NCBI RefSeq assembly: GCF_001194135.2
Contig: NC_068985.1
Span: forward strand, 70,803,601 to 70,867,600
Direction of reading: 5' to 3'
Length of the DNA stretch: 64,000 nt
DNA from: Octopus bimaculoides
Taxonomy: Eukaryota
Position 1 is the first letter of the stretch. Every line of letters starts with the position of its first letter. The position numbers and the translations under genes are program-made. This document shows, one piece after another, positions 38,874 to 51,263 of this stretch. Under the pieces are notes generated by a model, which saw nothing but the letters and a program-made list of their open reading frames with translations, was not told the DNA's origin and did not search any database.

Positions 38874-39341
38874 AAAATATGGATGGTAGACGACTTATGC
38901 TAACAAGAGACAGAATAAGAGGGCAGCATAGGCAACGACTTAAAGAGAAGCAGAGGATTGAATCACTAGAAATGCACAGCAGCAGTAAAGAAGAGTAAAG
39001 AGAATACATTTGTTTTAAATAGATAAGATACTGTGTTCAAGATAAGACAGGATATGAAAATGAGAGAGAACGCCAAAAGACGGTAAGCATATAGTTGAAA
39101 GTTGCAACATTGGTGACATGAGTATTCTCTATAATCATTGTGAAACTCTTGGATTTATGAATGGACCTCTGAATTGCTGAGAGAATGGAAAAGTCATGCT
39201 TCCTCAACTGTAACCTTATCCAGAAGCAATGAAATGATTTTCTTCAATGAAAATCATGCACATAAACAATTTCTAAAGAAACATTAATTTTTATGGTCCT
39301 ATATAAACTTTCAACCATCTAAGAAGTTAGCAGGGGCACTA

Positions 39342-39403
<62 letters not shown>

Positions 39404-39404
<1 letters not shown>

Positions 39405-39737
39405 TAGTAGTTTTATTTTTATAACGTGCTTTCCCTTCACTACCGAGCGCAGTGCTGTGTGCCTTGGGTATGTGCTGTGGTTTGCTGTGATGCTCTTATG
39501 GTTACTGTATTGAAAGTGTTTTGCGTAGGATGTGTGCAGTGCCCAGTAGTGCAATTTTCTGTATGTTATATATATTTGTAAGTCCCTGTGTTTTTGTTAT
39601 GTATTTGTCTGAATATTTTTTTATTATACCTAAGGCACCTACTATAATAGGAATTGTTTCTGCTTTTAGATTCCACATTCGAGTTACCTCTATTTCCAGG
39701 TCTTTGTATTTTGAAAGTTTTTCTATTTCTATTTCCT
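39404..39737 (-). mobile_element. R4/Dong-like RLE LINE 3' end inside (ATT)n
   Basis: Minus strand: EIEKLSKYKDLEIEVTRMWNLKAETIPIIVGALGIIKKYSDKYITKTQGLTNIYNIQKIALLGTAHILRKTLSIQ*; (ATT)n at 39343-39403 and 39738-39852. Confidence 0.9.
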
Positions 39738-39765
39738 ATTATTATTATTATTATTATGATTATTA

Positions 39766-39817
<52 letters not shown>

Positions 39818-39818
39818 G

Positions 39819-39852
<34 letters not shown>

Positions 39853-40129
39853 GACTCCTTTTTCCTCTTGTAAGTGATTTTTAAATGAATATGCCTCAAG
39901 TTAAAACCCTAAATGTGTCATACACACATACGCGCGCGCGCGCATACACACCACAGATGAAATATTCACCTCGGAATGAGAGTGATTAATTATCATTGTT
40001 GATATAACATTGGCAAAAGCCGTCTATATTGAATATGTGGTATGGTGAGTGTTTTTGGTAATCGATTTAATCATCTTCAAATAATTGGCTTGGAATATTT
40101 CATCAATTTCAAGTAGACGTGTAATGCAA

Positions 40130-41045
40130 GAAAAGCAGTAAAATGTGACAACCGATACAGACTTGGTGGGGTTAACACAGAAAATATCACCCAGATCATA
40201 AGCAGTTGTCCGAAAATGTCACCACGGTATTACTTACCGATGAGACGTGATGTAGCTAGGACACTCTATAATGTAATGCGTTGGAAGGATAACCCAGAAC
40301 ACAAAGAAATAAGAACCCACAGTAGGGTAGAAACCATAGCCACTCATAATAAAAAGGCGTACTGGTGGAATGTCCCAGTGAATACCTCAATAAAATCTAA
40401 GCACAACAGATTTGATACAATGATTTGGGATAGAGAAGAGAAACTGTGTACAGTTGTGAAAATTAGCTGCCCAGTGGATGTTAACATAAAGCTGAAGTTC
40501 AGTGAAAAAGAGAACGCCTATGCTGAACTATTGAAAAATCTGCAGTTACTCTATCCAGATTACAAGTTCAGGTTATACCTGTAATTATTGGGGCCCTGGG
40601 ATATGTAACACATAGCCTAAATACCAATCTTGAGAGTATTAAGCTTCTCAAAACCAGAAATGAGACATCTAATTCAAAGTCGACTGATCCTATCCATCAC
40701 TAGAACTGTAAAAATCTGTAAAACTTTCCAGAATTTTATCATTTAAATATATTTTTAGCATGTCTAGATATGCAAGGATATGCATGAGAATACATACATA
40801 AAATAAGATATACAAATCTGCACACATACATACATGCATACATACATACATACATACATACATACATACATACATACAAACAAGCAAACAAACAAACAAA
40901 AATACCCTGTTGTTGATGTTGAAATTCCAATGAAGGAGCCTTGGATCAAGATTAGAAACCGGCTCTTTTTCTATAGGCAAGAAATCTTGAAGTAAAACTG
41001 AATAATGACATACATACATACATACATACATACATACATACATAC
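40130..41045 (+). mobile_element. RLE-type (R4/NeSL-like) LINE 3' portion, third family, with (CATA)n-rich 3' UTR and tail
   Basis: Eroded CCHC knuckle (.RLGGVNTENITQIISSCPKMSPRYYLPMRRDV, cf. CRLC...E...HI.S.C...Y..RHD.V); NRFDTMIWDRE.K.C.VV.ISCP.D.N...K..EK...Y; after a frameshift IPVIIGALGYV. Confidence 0.8.
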
Positions 41046-41983
41046 ATGCATGCATAGGAAAATACTTGTTCACTATCATATAGTGAATCAGACGGCAATT
41101 TATTTCTGCATCTTCGAAGACGACTTAAGTGTTGCTAATACTTCAATTATATCCTCTTATTTTTTATTTTATTTATTTCTTTATTCATTTATTGGATAGG
41201 AAAAGCAATTCACAATCTATACTATCTAAACATAAGTTAAAATATAACCAGATCGCAACATTAAGTTGGTTTACGAACTTTGCATATAATTATTGAACCA
41301 ATCTAAAACGTATTGCTAAGACAGTATCAGTATAGGAAACTTAATTATGTATGCGTATAAGAAAGTTATGAAAGCTAACAAAACAATACTGAACGTTGAG
41401 AAAAATTAGTTTATTCATTATTTCAGCTCTATCAAGCTCTAATTGAGAATTGAAACATTCAAAATGTAATGTTAATGTTAATATTGAACAACAGAAAATA
41501 ATGTTACGATATGTGCAGAAAATTTCAGCCTGGTGGAGAGATGAGATAATTGTGCTATTTGAATCAGACAATGAATTTCCGCCAATTTAGAAACCCATTA
41601 CAATTGCAGAGTTGCGTTTCTAAGCGCCTAACGTGGCTAGCTTCGTTAATATACAAGTTATTGATGTTCATATCAAAGACCATGATTAATAAAAACAATG
41701 CAATTCTGTATTCTAGTAGATCTCTAAATGTTGTTTTTAACAGATAAGGCTGGCTATTGAATCTGTATATGGAACAGCCTGATAGTAATGCGTGAACAAA
41801 ATTTGATACGTCAGGCATTTATTTGTATGAGTGTGTGTATGTGTGTGTGTGNNNNNNNNNNNGGGGGGGGGGGTTGTGTGTGTGTGTGTGTGTGCGTGCT
41901 TGTGTTTGTGTGAGCATGTGTGTACATTCGTATTTTCATACGTCGTCAACCGATCAATAGAATTTACATATATTTATACACAC

Positions 41984-42047
<64 letters not shown>

Positions 42048-43026
42048 ACATATAAAAATATATTTGCATTTATGCATACATACACACAGACAAACACACA
42101 TATATATACATACACGCACACAGACTCAAAGAAATAGATTCATCTACGTGTCTCTGTCTATGTATATATATATACTACTGATTACGTATACATATATATG
42201 TATGTATATATATGTGTGTGTGTGTGTGTATACATATATACATAAATACATACATACATACATACACACATACATACATACATTTATAGCCTTGATAGTA
42301 TGCATCTCAGTTTCCAATTGTGTACATAGTCTATCAGAATCAGAAAGCTCTTTCACAAATAAGTGGCGAAATGAGTGAGTTATATATGTTCAACCTTTCT
42401 CTCTTTATTGCCGAACTAATCCCATAAGTGACATGGTTTCTTAAGCGTGGGATCCTCTAGTATCAGGTGCTCTGGACTTTACTTAATACATTTGCTCTTT
42501 TTTTATTTTTTTTTATTTTCCTCATGTTTCCGTCTTATTCCAGTAAATGTGTCCAGGTATCCATTTAATCTCGGGACATACAGATCGTATTCTCTACATG
42601 GTTGCATTTACTTTCAATACAATTAATCACGTTAATGCAAGAAGTTTTAGCGCTATCGGGTGAGGCCAATTTGAAGTGGAGAAGCAAATCTTTATCAGGA
42701 GACTTTCTATACAAGTAGGAGTAATTGCTACATTTGTCCGATACTTTCAACTGGAAAATGAGCAAGGAAAGAACTCCCTATGCAATTCGGTGTTCGATGT
42801 CAAATTTAATGTAAGTATCTGTGCTAGGTCTTGGAGAAAATACATGCCCCATGAGAACATCGATATCAGTTCTTTAATAACACAGATAAATATCTACTTA
42901 TCCAACCATCCATCCATCTATCGTTCCATCTATATATCTATCTATATACATCTTTATCTATTTATTTATCGATGTATATATATATACATATATAGTTCTA
43001 TATTTAAATAATAATGTAAATAATGT

Positions 43027-43063
<37 letters not shown>

Positions 43064-43064
43064 A

Positions 43065-43095
<31 letters not shown>

Positions 43096-43881
43096 NNNNN
43101 NNNNNNNNNNNNNNNNNNNNNNNNNNNNNNNNNNNNNNNNNNNNNNNNNNNNNNNNNNNNNNNNNNNNNNNNNNNNNNNNNNNNNNNNNNNNNNNNNNNN
43201 NNNNNNNNNNNNNNNNNNNNNNNNNNNNNNNNNNNNNNNNNNNNNNNNNNNNNNNNNNNNNNNNNNNNNNNNNNNNNNNNNNNNNNNNNNNNNNNNNNNN
43301 NNNNNNNNNNNNNNNNNNNNNNNNNNNNNNNNNNNNNNNNNNNNNNNNNNNNNNNNNNNNNNNNNNNNNNNNNNNNNNNNNNNNNNNNNNNNNNNNNNNN
43401 NNNNNNNNNNNNNNNNNNNNNNNNNNNNNNNNNNNNNNNNNNNNNNNNNNNNNNNNNNNNNNNNNNNNNNNNNNNNNNNNNNNNNNNNNNNNNNNNNNNN
43501 NNNNNNNNNNNNNNNNNNNNNNNNNNNNNNNNNNNNNNNNNNNNNNNNNNNNNNNNNNNNNNNNNNNNNNNNNNNNNNNNNNNNNNNNNNNNNNNNNNNN
43601 NNNNNNNNNNNNNNNNNNNNNNNNNNNNNNNNNNNNNNNNNNNNNNNNNNNNNNNNNNNNNNNNNNNNNNNNNNNNNNNNNNNNNNNNNNNNNNNNNNNN
43701 NNNNNNNNNNNNNNNNNNNNNNNNNNNNNNNNNNNNNNNNNNNNNNNNNNNNNNNNNNNNNNNNNNNNNNNNNNNNNNNNNNNNNNNNNNNNNNNNNNNN
43801 NNNNNNNNNNNNNNNNNNNNNNNNNNNNNNNNNNNNNNNNNNNNNNNNNNNNNNNNNNNNNNNNNNNNNNNNNNNNNNNNN

Positions 43882-44056
43882 NTCTTGTGAAGGCTTGGTA
43901 GTAGGTAGCAGGTAGCAGTCCCAAAAAATATTTGATGTGAGCTCTTCGTTTTGATTGTTTAAGTGGCAGTAGCCGAGGAAGGATCCGAAGAAGAAGAAGA
44001 AGAAGAAGAAGAAGAAGAAGAAGAAGAAGAAGAAGAAGAAGAAGAAGAAGAAGAAG

Positions 44057-44111
<55 letters not shown>

Positions 44112-46110
44112 TCAACACGGGAATGGTAGGACAATAGTAGGATCTTGGTGGAATCCTCTTATATGGTCAAGTGACCTAAAATGACCTGTTGTGTTTGTAA
44201 TAGTAGTGAATGAAATTGTTCTTAATAAATTCATGAGTATTAACTGTTCTGAATCTATCATTTTTAATATTTGCGTGGGTATCATTCTAAGGACCTTGTA
44301 GTAGTTTCATTTGTGGTGGAACGCATTCAAAAGGGGTTTATATTTTGTAATAAAATATGACTCTTTGCTAATGCGCTGATTATAGGTTGCATCGTCCCTG
44401 AATTTATAGAAGGGGAAAAATTCTGAAGCTGGGTTTTTCGTTTGTGGCGCAAATGTCCATTTGTCCGCTGAATGCAATTTTTCTGTATTCTCAAATTTTG
44501 ATCTGGGATCTATGTAGAGCCATCCTTTGATGTAGACTGTTTTTAGTTTGGCCTATGTATTGCTCTCGACACCCAGAGCAAGTTAATACATATATTAGGT
44601 TTTCCGAAGTACGTGTTAAGTTGTTTTTCGCTGTAAAACGTTCACCCCGTTTAAAAGAGAACTCCGATCCCTCAATTAGGTTGACGCATATACTACAGTT
44701 AGGTCTTCCGCATCGTTTTACTGACGGCTTCAGTGTTGTTGTCGAATGTACTTGGGCTTGTGTTAGGAGACTTTTCATAGATTTGAGTTGTCTTTTACTC
44801 TTTATAATGGTAGGCGTTTGGAGGATTAAATTCATTTTGTGATCCATTTTATGTAGGAGAATGTTCTGGAGGATGGTGTCGATGGCTTCATTGTTAGGGA
44901 GTTTGTGTGTGGCGATGTATGGTAGGCTTTTGGTTGTAAATCCTTCTTTCGTTTGGGATGTCTGAGTCCGTGGATGTTGAGTTGTATGGCACGTTGAAAG
45001 CATATGTCAATTAGTGATAGTGGGTAATTCCTGGTAATGACTGCATGTTTTAGTTCCTGTAGTCGTGTGTCCCTAGTGTCTGTATTAGAAATTATAGTAC
45101 AAATCCTTTTTTGCTAGGTTGAAGGAGATATTCTTTCTAGTGTGTCTCGTGTGGCATGCGTTGAGCGGTAGATATTGCTTGGAGTCTGTGGGCTTATAGA
45201 TTATATCTGTTTCTATTTTGTTGTTGGATTTCTTAATGAGGATGTCGAGAAATGGAAGTTGTTGACAGGTGTATGCGACATTTGCGCCACTAACGAAAAA
45301 CCCAGCTTCAGAATTTTTCCCCTCTATAAATTCAGGGACGATGCAACCTATAATTTATGCATTAACAAAGAGTCATATTTTATCACAAAATATAAACCCT
45401 TTTTGAATGCGTCCACCACAAATGAAACTATTATAAGGGCTTTAGAATAATACCCACGCAAATATTAAAAATGATAGATTCAGAACGGTCACTACCTATG
45501 AATTTATTCAGAACAATTCCATTCACTACTATTACAACTACAACAGGTCACTTTTAGGTCACTTGACCATATAAGAGGATTCCACCAACATCCTGCTATT
45601 GTCCTACCATTCCTGTGTTGTTGTTGTTGTTGTTCTTGTTCTTCTTCTTCTTCTTCTTCTTCTTCTTCTTCTTCTTCTTCTTCTTCTTCTTCTTCTTCTT
45701 CTTCTTCTTCTTCTTCTTCTTCTTCTTCTTCTTCTTCTTCCTCGGCTACTGCTGCTTACACCATCAAAACAAAAAGCTCATATCAAATATACTTTTGGGT
45801 CTGCTACTACCTACTGCCTACTACCAAGCCTTCAGACAGACAGAAAATATTGCTTCCTCTATGGAGGCACACAAAGAAACCTGCCGGTAATGGGACCAAA
45901 ACATAACAAAACAAGATGGGCTCGAGACGAGACCGTTAGTGGATGGACGAATGACAAAACAATAAACAGAATAAAGGCTTAGGGCCACAAGAATACAACA
46001 AATAATAATGATAATAGATATACAGCAAAAAGCCTTGGGACTACAAGACAAGACAAAAGTGGCAACGCGAAGGAGAAATGAAAACTGTCCTAAAGAACTA
46101 TGGACACGGG
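43882..46110 (-). mobile_element. Penelope-like element (Neptune-like Cys linker), 5'-truncated, with an inverted pseudo-LTR copy on the plus strand (45277-~46110)
   Basis: Minus strand: LPFLDILIKK..TDIIYKPTDSKQYL..CH.RHT.KNI.FNLAK (RT thumb), then CGRPNCSIC...NLIYVLTCSGCREQYIGQTKNSLHQRMALHRS (GIY-YIG). Inverted arms are 43887-44457 and 45277-45834. Confidence 0.9.
44491..45003 (-). pseudogene. GIY-YIG endonuclease portion of the Penelope ORF (frameshifted on both sides)
   Basis: ORF track 170 aa containing LIYVLTCSGC..QYIGQT..L.QRM..H. Confidence 0.85.
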
Positions 46111-46819
46111 AGGGGTAGAGCGAGGAGCTCAGAAAATCGTCTCCAGTGCGGTCGAAGGCAACACGAAAAAGAATGACACCTTCTTAGGCTGTCACGGGTC
46201 AGGTGATAGTGGGGGGGGGGTAACAAAGATAGACAGAGAGAGAGAGAGAGGGGGGGAATAGAAAGAGAGAGAGAGAAAGAAAGGAAATTAAGAGAAGCAA
46301 AGGAAAGGAAGGAGACAGAGTGGCACAAAAATATTCCAAGAATATTTCTACAAATGGGTAAAAGATTAATGAGTGTGTGCGTCACATGAGTAATATTTTC
46401 AAGATCAAATGAAAAGACATCAAACGGAAAATATGCAATACCTATAAAAAAAAATTTTTTTAACGTATACAAAATAAACAAACGAACATATACTAAATAC
46501 ACTGTTATGTTTTGCGCCCATTTCCAGCAAGTTTCTTGTTGGTACCTCCAGAGTGGAATCAGTATTATCGATAATGCCTGAAATTGCTTTTGACCCTCTG
46601 GTCGTTAACTGATGAAGAATTGGTGACCTTCTGTGTTTTCTGTTCGCCTGTGTATTTAGTATATGTTTGTTTGTTTATTCATTAAACATTTTTTTATTAT
46701 ATATATAGGTATGTTATATTTTCCGTTTTGTTGTCTTTTTATTAAATCCTGAAAATATCATTTATGTAACGCACGCACTCACTAATTAATTTTTTTACCT
46801 ATATATATATTTATATGTA

Positions 46820-46935
<116 letters not shown>

Positions 46936-48765
46936 TAGCTATGATAAATGTTTTGTCCTGACAACTACTTTATTTAAGAACCAAAGCAATAAGAAAAAGC
47001 ATTAAATGCTTATATCTACATAGCGATATTAATTATTTATAGATATACACTATCTTTAATTTGCGAAATATGAACTCCTTGAAACATTATTCTCAAATCA
47101 GAACCTTTTAAAAAGAAGTGCGATACACTGCATAATATAGTTCAAAATAACTCATATTTCAATACAAGTTTTATAGTTACACAAAGTTATAATCATATCT
47201 GAAACTGAATGACTATCGAGCAGCAGAAACTAAGCACCACTGGAAGAATGAAAATATGATCAGAATTTCTTAGGTAATAGATTTTAGGGAACAAAACAAA
47301 AATTTTGAAATATGTAATATATGAAAATTCACAGAATATTTTACATATACAGCCCAATGAAAATGCTTGACAAAGACAAAATATTTTAAATTACTTGTAA
47401 AATACAAACAAATAATAATAAAATTATTAGATAATTGAAAGCAGATGTAAGCAATGATATCACCAGAATATTGAAATATAGAAAATACTGTTAATTCTGA
47501 AATGAGANNNNNNNNNNNNNNNNNNNNNNNNNNNNNNNNNNNNNNNNNNNNNNNNNNNNNNNNNNNNNNNNNNNNNNNNNNNNNNNNNNNNNNNNNNNNN
47601 NNNNNNNNNNNNNNNNNNNNNNNNNNNNNNNNNNNNNNNNNNNNNNNNNNNNNNNNNNNNNNNNNNNNNNNNNNNNNNNNNNNNNNNNNNNNNNNNNNNN
47701 NNNNNNNNNNNNNNNNNNNNNNNNNNNNNNNNNNNNNNNNNNNNNNNNNNNNNNNNNNNNNNNNNNNNNNNNNNNNNNNNNNNNNNNNNNNNNNNNNNNN
47801 NNNNNNNNNNNNNNNNNNNNNNNNNNNNNNNNNNNNNNNNNNNNNNNNNNNNNNNNNNNNNNNNNNNNNNNNNNNNNNNNNNNNNNNNNNNNNNNNNNNN
47901 NNNNNNNNNNNNNNNNNNNNNNNNNNNNNNNNNNNNNNNNNNNNNNNNNNNNNNNNNNNNNNNNNNNNNNNNNNNNNNNNNNNNNNNNNNNNNNNNNNNN
48001 NNNNNNNNNNNNNNNNNNNNNNNNNNNNNNNNNNNNNNNNNNNNNNNNNNNNNNNNNNNNNNNNNNNNNNNNNNNNNNNNNNNNNNNNNNNNNNNNNNNN
48101 NNNNNNNNNNNNNNNNNNNNNNNNNNNNNNNNNNNNNNNNNNNNNNNNNNNNNNNNNNNNNNNNNNNNNNNNNNNNNNNNNNNNNNNNNNNNNNNNNNNN
48201 NNNNNNNNNNNNNNNNNNNNNNNNNNNNNNNNNNNNNNNNNNNNNNNNNNNNNNNNNNNNNNNNNNNNNNNNNNNNNNNNNNNNNNNNNNNNNNNNNNNN
48301 NNNNNNNNNNNNNNNNNNNNNNNNNNNNNNNNNNNNNNNNNNNNNNNNNNNNNNNNNNNNNNNNNNNNNNNNNNNNNNNNNNNNNNNNNNNNNNNNNNNN
48401 NNNNNNNNNNNNNNNNNNNNNNNNNNNNNNNNNNNNNNNNNNNNNNNNNNNNNNNNNNNNNNNNNNNNNNNNNNNNNNNNNNNNNGATACGCTTGCCTCA
48501 ATCCTTCAGGGGTAGTCTGAAGCATCCAAGCAACCACGGGATGTTTAAATCCGGAGGCACTCCTGGGAATCACCTGTGCGGGTACCGTCTTGGTTAGAGG
48601 GCATCCAGAGGCAGGTAATTTATTGTTTAAACCGTAGTTTATAATTATATTTATGTGGAGAAGGGAGCAAAAAATACGAGAAGAAGCAATTCTGTTGGGC
48701 TAGTTAGCCGTTGTTTTATTATGTGGAGGTTATGTAATGAGTCATTGTGGATGTTATGTAATAGT

Positions 48766-48817
48766 CATTTACGCACGTTTCAATCTGGCCAATGGTTTGG
48801 CAGATCTCTTCAGAATG
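48766..48817 (-). ncRNA. Minimal type I hammerhead ribozyme in the pseudo-LTR
   Basis: Minus strand: CATT CTGAAGA GATCTG cc aaaccatt ggc CAGATT GAAA CGTGCG TA AATG. Stem I is CAUU/AAUG, the core is CUGAAGA/GAAA, stem II is GAUCUG/CAGAUU, stem III is ACG-UG-CGU, and the cleavage triplet is GUA. Confidence 0.8.
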
Positions 48818-49216
48818 TTGAGGAGTATGTTAAGAGTTCATGGTGTGAGAGATGTAGGAGAAGTGATTAGTGGATATATTAATGTATATGGTGGTATAAT
48901 AATAGCGATAGGTAAAGAAAGCCTTACGTTTTAGTTGAAGTTGTGTTGATCTTCCTGTAAAGGGATGTAGGATGGGTGGTATTTAAGCTCATCATTCCGA
49001 TTTTAATCAAATGCATCTCCACGTGATTTTATGATTGAGGGATGCGTCGTATATTTATAGCACCGGCGGTGTTAGTACAGGGAAGCAACCCTAAATTTAG
49101 GTGAAAAGGGGGCTAACTCTGGTCTTATTCGTATCTAATTATAATTAATTATACTTAGAAGGAAAATTATTTTATGCATATTTAGTTTTACTTAGGAAGT
49201 GTAATGTATTATATAT

Positions 49217-50881
49217 TTAATTATACTTAGAGAATGAGTATTTAGTAGCGTGAAGACAGATTAGGGTAGATTCATATCTCCTGTTTAATAGGTCATTCTT
49301 AGCCGTTAGGATCTCGAGGCGTTCACTTAAACAGAGGTGACAGCGTTAGGAATTAGCTACTTTTAGTATGTGCCACTTTAGTTTATATTCTATCTTATTG
49401 TCGTTTAGTTCCCAGATATACCTACTAAGCCCTGTTGAATTTGCTTATTTCTGTTTTTAAAACTGGATAGGTGCTCATTATATCTGAGGCGTATTTGGTT
49501 TTTCGTCGCACTTATGTAAGATCCAGTGTGGGTGTTTGTTTGTACGTCACATTGGTAAACTATATTATCAGTCTTGCATCTATTGGAGAAATTACATTTA
49601 TTCCTATCTCTACAGCCACATAGGTTGTAAGGGGTGTCTATGTCTGTGTGTTGTTGTGTGGCCCTATTGTTTTTTTTGGTGTGCGTCCTTCCTAGTAAGG
49701 GGTGTTGGATTAGGGTTGGAGTTAGTTCTATTATTTGGTGGATTGTTGATTTGGTTGTTCGTGGTGTTTCTAGCTGTATAGAATGCGTCTAATTTCTTAT
49801 TATCAATAGATGCTATTATGGTAGCTAAGTTACATGTCAGGCTGTGGCCTATTCTTATTTTGTTCTTAAATATTTCTGCGTATTTATTGTTTACATTGAG
49901 GTGTTTATCTATTATGTTCATTAGTGAGCGGACTATGTTAGATTTGAGGTTCATGTTATAGGGAATGATCAGCCAGATCGTATCCTTATTGTTCTTGTTG
50001 CTATTACGGCCATATCTAGTATAGAACCTGCCATCGTAACTGGGAAGGCTGGTGAATTTTTCTTTACGGCTATCTAATTTGTTTCTATAGTTACGTTTAT
50101 TTTTTATGTGTCTTTTCATTTTTTCCTTGTTAGTATTGTTAGGTATTTGTGGGCTCGATATATGGTTTCTTTTAGTCTGCTGGGTCTCCCTGTAATTTAT
50201 GCTAAACTTATCGTTGTATTGCTTAATATTGGTTTTGTTCAGGTGGCTATTGCATTTCTGCTTCGTCTTGTTATTAGCCTTAATCGTCCTATTAATATTG
50301 TTGGTATTGGTGTTTACACTGTTGTTGGTATTTTTGGTGTTATGTGGTTTGGCTTTGGGACATTTTGTATTTTTATTACATGTGTTATGTTTATCTGTGT
50401 CATTCATATCGTTAGTGTGGTTTCCAGCGGTGTTTGGTGTGTTAATAGTGTGTGATTTTCTAGCGTTTGGATTCCGTATAGTTGGGTCTTTTTTATGGGT
50501 ATTGGATTCTATGAATTTAATTTTATGGTTAAATCCTGCCCTGTGTAGTGCGATGTTGTAGGTTTCCTTATGCTGATTAAAAATAACTTGGTTAGAGGAG
50601 AGGCGTGATATCCTATTGCTTATACTATGTGCTAAGCCTCTCTTGAGGAATAGTGGGTGGTTGCTGGATGCGTTTATGTATTTTAGGTTAGTATTAGGCT
50701 TTATGTATGGTTCATGTAGTCCTGTGGCTAGGTTGCAATTGGCGTCTAAATAGTTTATGGATGTGTGTTCGTTTTCTATAGAAATGGCTAGTCCAAATCT
50801 TTTGAAGAGTTTATGTAAGTTTTTCTTAATGAGTTCTAGTTTCCTATTCGAGGGATTTTTAATTATTTCTTCTAAGTGTAA
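49217..50881 (-). pseudogene. PLE ORF remnant: RT C-terminus/thumb, Asn/Thr/Lys-rich linker, GIY-YIG
   Basis: ~405 open codons (50881-49664, checked codon by codon upstream of the tracked ATG). A one-base loss in an A8 run (~49670) and further small indels break the endonuclease; stop near 49217. Confidence 0.85.
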
Positions 50882-51212
50882 TTAATTATAATTAGATACG
50901 AATAACACCAGAGTTGGTCCCCTTTTCACCTAAATTTAGGGTTGCTTCCCTGTACTAACACCGCCGGTGCTATAAATATACGACGCATCCCTCAATCATA
51001 AAATCACGTGGAGATGCATTTGATTAAAATCGGAATAATGAGCTTAAATAGCACCCATCCTACATCCCCTTACAGGAAGACCAACACAACTTCAACTAAA
51101 ACGTAAGGCTTTCTTTACCTATCGCTATTATTATACCACCATATACATTAATATATCCACTAATCACTTCTCCTACATCTCTCACACCATGAACTCTTAA
51201 CATACTCCTCAA

Positions 51213-51263
51213 CATTCTGAAGAGATCTGCCAAACCATTGGCCAGATTGAAACGTGCGTAAAT
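51213..51263 (+). ncRNA. Second copy of the hammerhead ribozyme (right arm; last stem I base falls in the gap)
   Basis: Identical sequence CATTCTGAAGAGATCTGCCAAACCATTGGCCAGATTGAAACGTGCGTAAAT. Confidence 0.75.

Larger units (their letters stand above)
48486..51263 (-). mobile_element. Penelope-like element, Naiad-like, 5'-truncated, with 395-bp inverted pseudo-LTR arms (48767-49161 and 50869-51263)
   Basis: Minus frame open 50881->49664: KNPSNRKLELIKKNLHKLFKRFGL...NYLD...PY.KPN..KYINASSNHP...NRISRLSS; TIWLIIPYN..KSNI (cf. IWFNPPYS); after frameshifts CGCRDRNKC...C..DNIVYQ...YI..T..R.RYNEH..SF...T.LSRYIW.L...CHLCLSER...LNRR.E...CLH. About nine mismatches between the arms by eye. Confidence 0.9.

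Noticed and set aside
46600-46660. CTGATGA hammerhead-like word (also ~33025)
   Set aside because: No downstream stem II, GAAA or stem III can be formed.
49217-49664. Selenocysteine (UGA) recoding, reported for some Naiad elements
   Set aside because: The endonuclease cysteines here are TGT/TGC. The breaks are frameshifts and TAG/TAA rather than UGA at Cys positions.
50108-50561. Hydrophobic plus-strand ORFs that look like membrane proteins
   Set aside because: They are the antisense reading of the Asn/Thr/Lys-rich PLE linker.
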